DNA from: Octopus bimaculoides
Lineage: Eukaryota
DNA length: 64,000 bases
Reading direction: 5' to 3'
Assembly: GCF_001194135.2 (NCBI RefSeq)
Contig: NC_068983.1
Span: forward strand, 32,639,684-32,703,683
Shown one piece after another: positions 53,346-64,000 of the stretch. The notes under the pieces were generated by a model. The model was not told where the DNA came from and did not search any database. It saw nothing but the letters and a program-made list of their open reading frames with translations. The translations under genes were made by a program, and so were the position numbers. The stretch's first letter is position 1. Every line of letters starts with the position of its first letter.

Positions 53346-55249
53346 AGAGGAGTAGAAGAAGTGTCATTGAATGTTGAGAGAGTGGTCAAAGTGTGACACA
53401 CTGACACACAAAAACTCGTTTTGGCATTTATTATTATAGAAGAATAAAACAGTAGATAGAAGGATAAAAACAAGAATAAAATTCACAGTTCATCTTGTTC
53501 CGGAGAGTATGGAAGTTTGTCCGTATTTCCGTGAAGTTATAGCCTCTTAAGTACAATCTCAGGTAAATCCAGGCAATATTTTGAATGATGCATTCAGATT
53601 GAAGGAATAGATCAAGTAGTTAGCGTGTAAGAAAAATAAAATGATCTGCATGGGTATATAATATGAGAGAGACAGTTAGATAGACCAAGGCACCATGATA
53701 GACAGGTACATCAGAGAGAAAGCCACTGACATATAGATGCCTGTTTCCATGATAACAAGCCAAGTTGTTACGAAGCTACTTACACACGTGTTCATTTTTC
53801 GCTTATTAAATGCTTAAAAGACATGGGGTATAAGGTGGTCGTGTGATGTGCTAAGAGCAATAGCTAAAGAAACCTTAAATCATGCACAAGATTTTTTCTT
53901 TTGGCTTTTGCATAATCGTATGAATTCCCGTGTGTAGAATACAAATTCGCAAAAATTTTCTGAAAAGTCCCAAAAATTAAAAAAGTTATGAAGGGTTATA
54001 TGGCGTGCATAAAGCACAATTCCGCCAATATTTCATTTGTTTACAGTTTACAAGACGTGCTATCACGCACAAAATGACAGCTTCCAAATCCTGTAAAAAT
54101 TTTCAAACTTTAAGCCTCTAATTTCTTTTTCTGGAAAAAGTGATTTAGCCCTTGAGATTCAGCGTGGAAAATTACACCAATACGCCAAATTTTAAAATTT
54201 TCTCTTAATTTTAAAGTTTTCACAGGTGCAGCCAGACAGATTTGACATTCAAGATCTGTTTAGGTCGATGTTAAACCTCTGCCACTTGGTTTCATTTTTA
54301 GTTAAAACCATCTACAGAGGCAGAAATTGCTGGTAGGGTTAACACGTTTTAGATTTTAACATCAATACCCCTTGTAACACGCTTCATGTAACAAATTTCA
54401 TTATAAAAAATATTTTTATCTATTTCTAAACACCTTTGGCATTTTCCATTACATACTAGAGAAATAGTCAAACCATTGATAGTAATGTTACTAGATTTCC
54501 TTGCAGTTCTCGTTTCCACCAATGTTGTCTGTTGTAGATTCCTACATGGTAGATTAACATTTGAGACGGATATCATTACGATTTTGTCTAATTTCTTATT
54601 TCGGATCACTAGAATAGCTAGTTATTTAACATCGAATATTTAATGAATAATCTATTATGTACGTCTCAAAATATGTATGCGTATGTATGCTTATACATAT
54701 CATATTTTCTATTGACCTACTCATTTAAGCATATCTGTGTTAGTGTTTTTGTATCTATCATTGCATATATATCAACACAAGAAATCATGAACAAATACAA
54801 ATGTTGTACAACTATACTTATATAAAACTCGTACCATACAAAATTGTATCTTGTGAACAGAGATCAGTAATACCTCTCTCCCTAGTAATGTAAAAGGTAC
54901 AATCAATAATATTTTATCATCTTGCCAACAAGAATCAGGTTTGTAATGAACCAGCTAGTTCAACGAGATTTAATTTAGATATAGTAATGTTTTTCTGTCA
55001 TGTAAAATCTCTTTGAAGTCATATTTTGCAAAGATATGTAAATGTAAGCTGTTTTTAGTTTCTTTCTATTCCATACGGAATAAGTTTGAATTTGAAGAAG
55101 TGTGAATTACATTTTCCCAGAAAATCACTGAAGAATTTAGTTTAGTGAGAAACAAAGGAAATATAAGTAAATTTAATATAAAAACCACCAGCAAATTCTT
55201 TTTAATTTCCTTCCAACGCATATACGTACATAATATGCTGTAAGAATAG

Positions 55250-55279
55250 GCATATATGTATGTTTATATACATATATAC

Positions 55280-55327
<48 letters not shown>

Positions 55328-55428
55328 ATGTATACATATATATATATACATATACATATATACATACATATNNNNNNNNNNCATATATATATATATACTT
55401 ACATATATATGTAAATATGAATATATAT

Positions 55429-55465
<37 letters not shown>

Positions 55466-55520
55466 AATATATATGGATATATATATCTACACACATATAT
55501 ATAGATATATATAGATATAT

Positions 55521-55563
<43 letters not shown>

Positions 55564-55623
55564 TACACACACATATATATATATAGATATATTTACATAC
55601 ATACATATATAAATATATATAGG

Positions 55624-55669
<46 letters not shown>

Positions 55670-55720
55670 GATTTGTAAGCGTGTATGTATATATGTATGT
55701 GGTGTGCGTCTGTAAGCATG
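55250..55720. repeat. Compound (TA)n/(CA)n/(TG)n microsatellite
   Basis: Seen directly. Confidence 0.95.
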
Positions 55721-56084
55721 TGTATGTGAGTGGATGACTGTATACTTCATTTCAACTACATTGAATATGATTCAGAATATACGAAAATTGCATTTCTTCA
55801 CCGAATACTAATGTGACTGTGCATGAGGAAATAGGTCTGACTACTATGAAAAAAAATCTGTTCAATGTACTTTTCCCACGTACATATACAGATTCAAGAG
55901 ATTCAATCATTTATATTTGAACGTGTGAAATATAAATGTATCTGACTTTATTTGAATCACACCTGCTTAGTTTGTCTTTGGTAATAAATAAAATAGTAAT
56001 AATAATACCTATAATATCTGTGCATACATACATACATACATACATACATACATACATACATACGTACGTACATACATACATACA

Positions 56085-56118
<34 letters not shown>

Positions 56119-56208
56119 CATACATACATATATACATACATACATATATACATACATACATACATTCACACATAAATACAAACATATATACATACATACA
56201 TACATAAT

Positions 56209-56510
56209 TACAGGTTTATACCTGTAAGTATTGGGGCTCGGGGATATGTAACACACTGTCTAAATTCCAATCTTGAGAAATTAGGCTTCTCAAAACCAGA
56301 AAGGAGAAAGTTAATTCGAAGACTACAGATCCAGTCCATCACTGGAACTGTAAAAATCTGTAAAACTTTCCAGAAGTTTAACATTCAAGTATATATTAGC
56401 ATTTCTAGATATGCCAAAATATGCATGAGAATACATGCATAAAGCAAAACATACAAATCTGCACATATACATACATACATACACACATACATACATACAT
56501 ACGTACGTGC
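56209..56510 (+). mobile_element. 3' end of an RLE-type non-LTR retrotransposon (not Dong-like) embedded in (CATA)n
   Basis: Open frame from 56209 with no start codon: YRFIPVSIGARGYVTHCLNSNLEKLGFSKPERRKLIRRLQIQSITGTVKICKTFQKF. PxxIGARG is the RLE terminal motif. (CATA)n lies on both sides. Confidence 0.8.
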
Positions 56511-56619
56511 GTATATATATGGTAAAGTTTATTGCCAACAGAATGTGGCAGTCCTATAAAAGTACATTGTTACTGTTGTTTAGCTCAGGAAAAATCTCTT
56601 CCAGATGGCTGTCGACGCA

Positions 56620-56785
56620 CAGTTTTTGTCCGTATAGGATACAAAGAGTTTGGGACAAAGTAAACAAGGTGAGCACGTGGTACAAGAACGACAAATATCA
56701 AGGAGTGATGTTGGTAGAGACCACAGCCAATGGAGAATTAACCCGAAGATTTAGGAAAGCTCTGAAGGAGGCCAAACTGAAACAC
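56620..56785 (+). mobile_element. Penelope-like RT-EN linker fragment
   Basis: RVWDKVNKVSTWYKNDKYQGVMLVETTANGELTRRFRKALKEAKLK fits the PLE linker K..WYK...Y..V.FV..TP..EL......LK. Confidence 0.6.
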
Positions 56786-56958
56786 ATGACCATATACACA
56801 TACGCACACTTTACAAACAAGGACACATATCCATACATGATAGACGCACAAACTTAGTCACACAAACACATACACATAGACACACTCAAACATGCACACA
56901 CAAGGAGACAGAGGTACTCACACAAATACACACACACATACAAACACATGAATATGCA

Positions 56959-57035
56959 TTGACGGCGGTCATGCTGGAGCAACTCCTTTAGTCGAGCAAA
57001 TCGAACTCAGGACTTATTCTTTGTAAGCTGAGTAC
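56959..57035 (-). mobile_element. SINE family B 3' fragment
   Basis: GCGGTCATGCTGGAGCA..CCTTTAGTCGAGCAAATCGA..CAGGACTTATTCTTTGTAAGC. Confidence 0.8.
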
Positions 57036-57123
57036 AGATATAACCAATGCACAACGCAAGTAGACTGTTCCGCTTCTGAAAGGGGGAAAGGCATGTCAAA
57101 ATATTAAACTATTTACAGTAAAG

Positions 57124-57333
57124 AGTGAAAAACATTAAAACATTCGCGAGCAAATTAAATATTTAAAAGCTACGAACAAACCAACAGGAGTTGCTAGAAA
57201 TAGCAGTCAAAACATTAAAATATACACAAGCAAAGTTAACAGTGAAAACAGTGAAAAATATTAAAAGATTCTCGAGCCAATTAAATATTTAAAAGCTACG
57301 AACAAACCAATAGGAGTTGCTAGAATTAACAGT
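57124..57333. repeat. About 126-bp-period tandem duplication
   Basis: AGTGAAAAA.ATTAAAA.ATTC.CGAGC.AATTAAATATTTAAAAGCTACGAACAAACCAA.AGGAGTTGCTAGAA starts near 57124 and again near 57250. Confidence 0.85.
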
Positions 57334-57334
57334 T

Positions 57335-57542
57335 GGTTTTAAATTTTGGCACAACACCAGAAATTTCGGGGCAGAAGGTAAGTCGATTACATGAGCCAAG
57401 TGAACAACTGGTACTTATTTTATCGATCGCGCAAGGGTGAAAGGCTAAGTCGACCTCGGCGGAATTTGAATTCAGAACGGAAAGACAGACGATATGTCAC
57501 TAAGCAATTTTGCCGGTGTGCTAACAATCCTGCAAATTTTCG

Positions 57543-57546
<4 letters not shown>
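57335..57546 (-). mobile_element. SINE family A, tail type 1
   Basis: Family A core and head in reverse. Confidence 0.88.
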
Positions 57547-57577
<31 letters not shown>

Positions 57578-58196
57578 TGTCTATTTTTATGTCGAGTTGT
57601 AATAAAAATAATACTTTTCCTGGAATATATACTGTATTTCGGTTTGCTAGCCTTCTGACGGTGCTACATTTAGATTTATCCTTGCTTTATATATTATCTG
57701 GTAAATTTGGTCTCCTAGGATAGGTGGAGCTATTTTGTATGCTCATTACGTTGTAGCGTATGTTCTGATGGGAAGATATTATAGGTTCTTATTTAAAGAC
57801 AGATGTTATTATGGTTTAGATTTCAGTCATGCGAGTCAAACTTTGAAATCGTGTCTATTTAGGTGTGTAGGCGTGTTCTCTTTTTTTTAGGGTTCACAAA
57901 AGGCTGTAAGTAGGTAAAGAGGTTAGTTGGTCAGCAGATGTGTTACTAGATTCGTTGTTGGAACAATCTCTGGAAGATTTAACCTGTTTGCTTTCGGATA
58001 GTGGAGGTTATTGTGCAGATTTCAGTCAAGCATGTAAAATTTATAATTTAGTTATCCCGTTTTCATAAAAGAATGTAAGTAGGTGGAAATGTTAGTAGGT
58101 CAGTGGATTTCTAACTAGGATTAATCAGCTATCTTCACTTATTCTTTATACATCTCCATCCAACTCATATTACAGCTCCTTTACATAACACTACAC

Positions 58197-58560
58197 CAGG
58201 CGTGGCTGTGGGGTAAGACGCTAGCTTCCAAACGACATGGTTCCCAGTTCAGTCCCGTTGCGTGGCAACTTGGGCAAGTGACTTCTACTGCAGCCTCAGG
58301 CCAACCAAAGCCTTGTGAGTGGATTTGGTAGGCGGAAACTGAAAGAAGCCCGTCGTATGTATATATACATANNNNNNNNNNNNNNNNNNNNNNNNNNNNN
58401 NNNNNNNACTTGATAACCGATGTTGGTGTATTTACGTCCCCGTAAGAAAGCGGTTCGACAGAAGAACCGATAGAATAAGTCCAGGGGTTCGATTTCTTCG
58501 AATAAAAGGCTGTGTTCGAGCATGGCCACAGCCAGTTGACTGAACCAAGTAAAAGAATAC
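58197..58560 (+). mobile_element. SINE family B, full length (N-gap in its internal microsatellite)
   Basis: Head, CTTGGGCAAGTGACTTCTACT core, GAAAGAAGCCCGTCGTAT, 3' half, CAAGTAAAAGAATA end. Confidence 0.9.
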
Positions 58561-59132
58561 TTTAGCATATGCACCTTGCTATCAGTCTTATATTCACACG
58601 GGTTAAATTATTTCTTGAGAGTGTATTTGTGTAATTGTATATATGTTTATGTAAGTATGTATGTATGTATGTATGTGTGTGTATGCATACATGTGTGGAA
58701 ATACATGTGTGTGTGTGTGTTTGTATCTGTACGTGTTTAGAATAAAGTAGAAGCGTAAATACGAAAATATTTAATGTTTTTATAATTTTGATGTAATACA
58801 AGATTTATAAATTCATATTTTTATGAAATTATAATGTTTTATGATATAAAGTTTTAAATCAGACGCAAAAAGATTTTGCGGAAAGTAATATAGCATTATA
58901 TGTAAATTATTATAGTGTTCAATGATTCCCCAGTATTATACTGAAATATTTCCGTGTTTTTTTGTTTCTTTTTTCATTGAGAAGTTTTTTATACTATGGT
59001 TCAAAAATCGGAAGCGTGAAACCTGAAGTCGCTGTTAGTGAATAATTCTAAAGAAAATGGATTGAGCTATTTTCTCTCCTTATTGTTTGAGATAGTTTTA
59101 GAAGCAAAAGATAATATACATACATACATACA

Positions 59133-59465
59133 TAAAAACTTTCCAGAAGTTTATCCTTTAAATATATATGAGGATGTCTAGATATGCAACTATATGCGTG
59201 AGAATACATACATGAAGCAGAACATACAAATCTACACATATACATGCATACATACAAACAAAAATATCATGTTGATGTTGAAATTCTAATGAAGGAGACT
59301 TGAATCTTGGTTAGACACCCGCTCTTTCTCTATTGGCAAGAAATCTTGTAACAAACTGAACAATGACATACATACATGCATACATACATACATACATACA
59401 TACATACATACATACATACGTACATACATACAAACATACATACATACATACATACATACATACAC
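59133..59465 (+). mobile_element. Second, shorter copy of the (CATA)n-associated RLE LINE 3' end with complete 3' UTR
   Basis: AAAACTTTCCAGAAGTTT..CTAGATATGC..GAGAATACAT..AACATACAAATCT.CACATATACAT aligns to 56362-56470; KTFQKFIL*; preceded by (CATA)4 and followed by a (CATA)n tail. Confidence 0.8.
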
Positions 59466-59705
59466 TCACTCAAATAAATGCAATCATTAAATATCTCGTT
59501 TAAACGAACGAAAATTGTGCTATCTACTTCGATATGTGCCTCCCTATATCATGTAAGTAGGTTTCCCACCCTATATTCCTCATTGCAGACGGCTCTAGCT
59601 ATTTTCTCAAACTTAGGATAAAATATTTCTGCTTGGTGTTTAAAATATCCCCTTTGCTCTGTCGTCTGTTACCAGTTGATTTATACAGAAAGCTTTCGAT
59701 AGATA

Positions 59706-59893
59706 GGTTTCAAATTTTGGCATAAGTTTAGTAATCTAGGGCAGGAGTTAAGTCTATTTCATCGACCTCAGTACTCAACTGGTACTTATTTCATTGGCGT
59801 AAAAAGGATGAAAGGCAAAGTCGACCTCGGTTGAATATGAAATCAGAACGTAAAAACGGGTGAAATGCCGCTAAATATTTTGTCCGGCATGCT
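59706..59893 (-). mobile_element. SINE family A, tail type 1
   Basis: Family A core in reverse. Confidence 0.85.
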
Positions 59894-60110
59894 GCCCTAA
59901 GATATCTTTTTCAGATCTGCAATAAGTAAACTGCAAAAGAAAAAGGAAGGAAGTTGGTTAATGTGGATACACTAGAGAATTAAGTCACTTATTTTAAGTC
60001 ATCGACCTCAAGCCATTGTTGTCTCGTACAACAGGGGTGAATAGCATTGCTAGCCAGTAAAGAAATCTGATACCATACTACCTCGTTATGGTCAGTGGTA
60101 GACTTTGCTG

Positions 60111-60305
60111 GCTGGCAGAAATGTTAGCACGCCGGGGAAATGCTTAGCGGTATTTCGTTGTTACGTTCTGAGTTCAAATTCCTCCGAAGTCGACTTCGCC
60201 TTTCATCCTTTCGGGGTCAACAAAATAAGTACCAGTTGCGTACTGGGTCGATCTAATTGATTGTTCCCTACCCCAAAGTTTCGGGCCTTGTGCCTAGAGT
60301 AGAAA
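60111..60305 (+). mobile_element. SINE family A, tail type 2, 11-bp TSD
   Basis: TSD AGACTTTGCTG at 60100-60110 and 60306-60316. Confidence 0.93.
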
Positions 60306-60535
60306 AGACTTTGCTGACCACAAATGTATTTTGAAAACAATTGTCGAGGGTAAGTATTTAAATATACAAAACAATTGGCATCTAGGAAACTACTAGGTCT
60401 TTAAACCGAAAGTAACAAAATCTATTTGCTACGAATTAAGCTCTACATAAACAGTTTACATTAAAGGTTAAGAACTAGTTATCAGGTATAATGGCTACTA
60501 CTATTACTACTACTACTATTACTACTACTACTACT

Positions 60536-60733
60536 GGTTTCAAATTGTGCTTCAAGGCCAGCAAAAACAGTCCTTTCTCTTGGAGGCATAAGGCCTCAAA
60601 TTTGTGAGGGAGGAGGGTACTAGTCGATTACATCGACCCTACGTTTTATTGGTACTTAATTTATCGACCCTAAAAGGATGAAAGGCAAAGTCAACCTCGG
60701 CGGAATTTGAACTCAGAACATAAAGACGGACGA
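60536..60733 (-). mobile_element. SINE family A with tail type 2 abutting a tail type 1 remnant
   Basis: GGTTTCAAATT..CAAGGCCAGC (60536-60565), then CTTTCTCTTGGAGGCATAAGGCC (from 60573), then core. Confidence 0.8.
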
Positions 60734-61359
60734 CACAGCCACGCCTGCACCTACATATTCTGCCCTATATCATTTGCCGTTACACTCTTATAATAATTCT
60801 GCTTGTCATTGCGTTACTTAGCCCGTCGGTAACGCTTTCACGGGATAAGAGAAAAAAGGAGAAAGGAAAGAGAGAGAGAGAGACAGAGAAAGACGGAGGG
60901 AGAAAAAAGGGAAATAGAAGAGTCCATGACACGAGGTAGAAGGAAGGCAATTGTAGCGCATTCACGTGATTAATTGAAGGGAAAGAAAGAAGAAAGAAAA
61001 TGGACAGAGAAAAAGAAGATAAGATAAACAGTGAAACAAAAAGGAGAAAGAAAGGGAGAGGGAGAAAGATAGAGAGAGAATGAGAAAGAGGGAAGTAATA
61101 ATTTTAGGAGAGGAGTAATGTTCTGATGGCAAGGTTAAGAAATGGCAGAGAGAGAAAGAGACAGAGAGAGAGAGAGATAGATAGATAGAGAGAGAGAGAG
61201 AGCAGAGGGAGAGAGAAATGATAATAATGGTGGTGGTGGTGGTGACTGGATAGTGAAAAGTGTATTTTTTAATTGAACCAAGTTTTTTATATCACCTATC
61301 ACTTAACGCATGCGCATAAGTGTTATTCCGTGAAATATTCAGGCTTATTTACGTGGCTG

Positions 61360-61935
61360 ATAAAGGTTGAACAAATCGACCCCAGGACTTATTCTTTGTA
61401 AGCCTAGTATTTATTCTATTGTCGCTTTTGCTGAACTACTAAGTTACGGGCACATAAACACACCAACATCGGTTGTCAAGCGATAGAGGGGAGGGACAAA
61501 CACACACACACACACACACACACACTAACGCANNNNNNNNNNNNNNNNNNNNNNNNNNNNNNNNNNNNNNNNNNNNNNNNNNNNNNNNNNNNNNATATAT
61601 ATATATATATATATATAATTTTCAGGAAAGCAAAGAAGACACGTGTATGAACAACAAGCAGGTGTGTTAGTTTAACGCTGAGAAAGTCTTTTAGGTTTCG
61701 AGCCTACGCTTTTCAACGGAGAGGAATAAGAGAAAATAAATAGAGAGAGAATAAAAAACTTGTGGATTTAGCGATCAAGCATGCCGGACAGAGTTCTTTT
61801 CAGCTTCTGTCTATTAAATCTACTCACAAGTCTTTGGTCGGCCCGAGGCTATAGTAGAAGACACTTGCCCAAAGTATCGCAATGCGACTGAACCTGGAAC
61901 CATATGGTTGGGAAGCAAGCTTCTTGCCACACAGG
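61360..61935 (-). mobile_element. SINE family B split by insertion of a pLTR-like repeat in its microsatellite
   Basis: 3' half 61360-61525, 5' half 61787-61935; the intervening 61617-61783 is homologous to the 50521 repeat. Confidence 0.85.
61617..61783 (-). mobile_element. Penelope-LTR-like repeat with decayed hammerhead
   Basis: Minus strand CCGTTGA-AAAGC-GTAG-GCTC-GAAA-CC-TA-AAAGAC; core mutated. Confidence 0.6.
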
Positions 61936-63953
61936 AACATGTACGGGATATTTGTTTTTTGTTTATGGGAAAAATGGTAAAATAAGAGCGAATATTTATT
62001 TTATGAGTGCTATGTATTAAGTATAAAATTGTGCATAGAGTATATAAAGTGTATATATAAAGTGCATTAAGTAATCATCGTATTCCAATTTCTTTCACTT
62101 TTCAATGAGTAGCATATTAGTGACTAATTTTCCATACAGACACAACACAGGCTACGCTTTCAGGTCTTTTGGATAAAGTTTTCAGAAATAACCCAATAGG
62201 ATTATCATTAATTCCCTGAAATATTCACAGGTTCCGCTAGTATAATGAATTGCAGGATTCGGTGTATTATGTGTTTTAACTCTCGAGTTACTGTGCGTGC
62301 AACACTTAAGAAAATATACTAACGTTAAGTTATATCGGAACCAAGTGGGTTTATATGAATTCTATTCTTCTTGCTGCTATGGTAAAGCAACAGAAAACTT
62401 CCCTGCCAACGAACAATATAGTTTATATCTTGAGAAAAACCGAAGCAAAATATAAAGATTACACTATATTTTCACCAAGGCAAAATGAGACAGTATTCTC
62501 TTATACTGTTACAAAGCGGTCTTTTGCCACGTCTTTGCACGACGGTTGTTGCTCTGACAGATATTGTTATATTCCGCGGTCGTCGATAGAATGTTTCTAT
62601 CTGGTACTGTACGACCCTCAGTCGTACAGTGTTGTTATTCTGAAAAGATTGGATCGTTATAACGTCCACTCAGTATCACAGAATAGTTACTATATCAGCA
62701 CAGATACTACTATCAACACAATCTACACGTACTCTCTCAATACTGGCCGACGTCACCTTACTTATAGTGACTGCACCTTTCCGCTCGTCACGTGGGAGGG
62801 GTGTACCATTATTACGAATTAGCTACAGCATATACTAAATGCATAAGAAAATTGTTTTTGTGCATATAGTATAGAGTTAATTAAATTGTCACTGGTACTT
62901 ATTGACATTTTATTATTTTTATTGAATTTTATTTGATGAAATCACTAATATTCATTTGGATTTTCACCCAAGGCGCCTATTTCGGTCTTATGCATGCTTT
63001 ATCGTACATAATTATATTCCACATACAATTACTATAGTTATCATCAAATGGAGGAGTCCTCCCAACTAATCGGCTCTGAGATCAGATTCAGTGTTTGAAA
63101 TATTCTCGCTTCATGCACGCCTGCCAAACATGCCAGTAATCATACAATTTTGCGTTATTGCACGCATAGGAATTATGCGTGTCGCCACATGTAAGCAATG
63201 TTCACAATTATGATAGAAAAAGTTTCCATAAAGCGTAAATTTGCTGTACTGTGGACAATTATACAATCACAGAAATGATAGGTTTTTGATTCAAACAATC
63301 AAGTAATATCAATTTAAGCTAACCACTATCAATTTTAGGCCATTTGATCGTGCAGTAACTACTCGTAGATTATGAAAGCTCCACCGCGTTTTCTAGAAAT
63401 ATTTTACCATGTTTATCATATCAGCTCATTTACTGAATGAATGATTAAAATCTAGCTGATATAACCAAGAGAATGTGTGATGAGATTTTGCTATCTTATA
63501 AACAAATGGTATTTGAAGTCTATCGGGATTTTAAATCGCATACAGACGAACAATTTTGCTATTGTAAACAATCAGTTAAGTTCCATCTCAAAATAGGCAT
63601 GAGATGATGCAAAATAAAGAATTTCTATCTTACAAACAAAAGATGTTAGGAATTAACTATCAATGTATCGTACTTAATGTAAATATGCCGATGAAAGGAA
63701 AATTTAATTCAGTATTCGTCCAGAGTTAACATATCTTATGGACATATTGTGTTTACAAAATACAGTATATATCCGAGGGAGACGAAATTCGTCTTAACAG
63801 CAGTTAGCAAGAACGCCAGATAAATATCGGTCTCGCTTGGCATTGTTAGTGACGTGTACACATAGCCAGCAACAGACTTGGACGTAACATATCATTTACG
63901 AGAAATAAGAAAACGGCGTAAAACGTTCTCTGGTACACATACATGTACATACA

Positions 63954-64000
<47 letters not shown>

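Noticed and set aside
53810-54240. MITE- or Kolobok-like segment starting near TTAA
   Set aside because: No matching terminal inverted repeat or second TSD could be found.

Overview
AT-rich eukaryotic DNA made up mostly of transposable-element relics, SINEs and microsatellites, with 12 N-gaps (about 4.1 kb) that nearly all abut simple repeats. The repeat families and microsatellite profile look like an octopus (coleoid cephalopod) short-read assembly; this is an inference from my recollection of those repeats, not a database result. I found no host protein-coding gene, rRNA, true tRNA or CRISPR array, so the window is intergenic or deep intronic. Most ORFs in the supplied track are artefacts of gaps or microsatellites. 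Recognisable coding relics are: R4/Dong-type RLE LINEs (Myb-like N-terminus, RT, zinc knuckle/RLE), a second RLE-LINE type embedded in (CATA)n, RTE-clade LINEs, Penelope-like elements (GIY-YIG and linker), mariner/Tc1 transposases and an internally deleted Helitron. Three tRNA-derived SINE families are present. Highlights: (1) five minimal type-I hammerhead-ribozyme-like motifs, one with a fully intact core (39721-39763), one downstream of a Penelope endonuclease, and a CUGUUGA core variant seen twice; (2) an R4/Dong copy scrambled into four complementary segments; (3) two copies of an RLE LINE both sitting in (CATA)n; (4) a conserved 3'-UTR stem-loop shared by two Dong copies.
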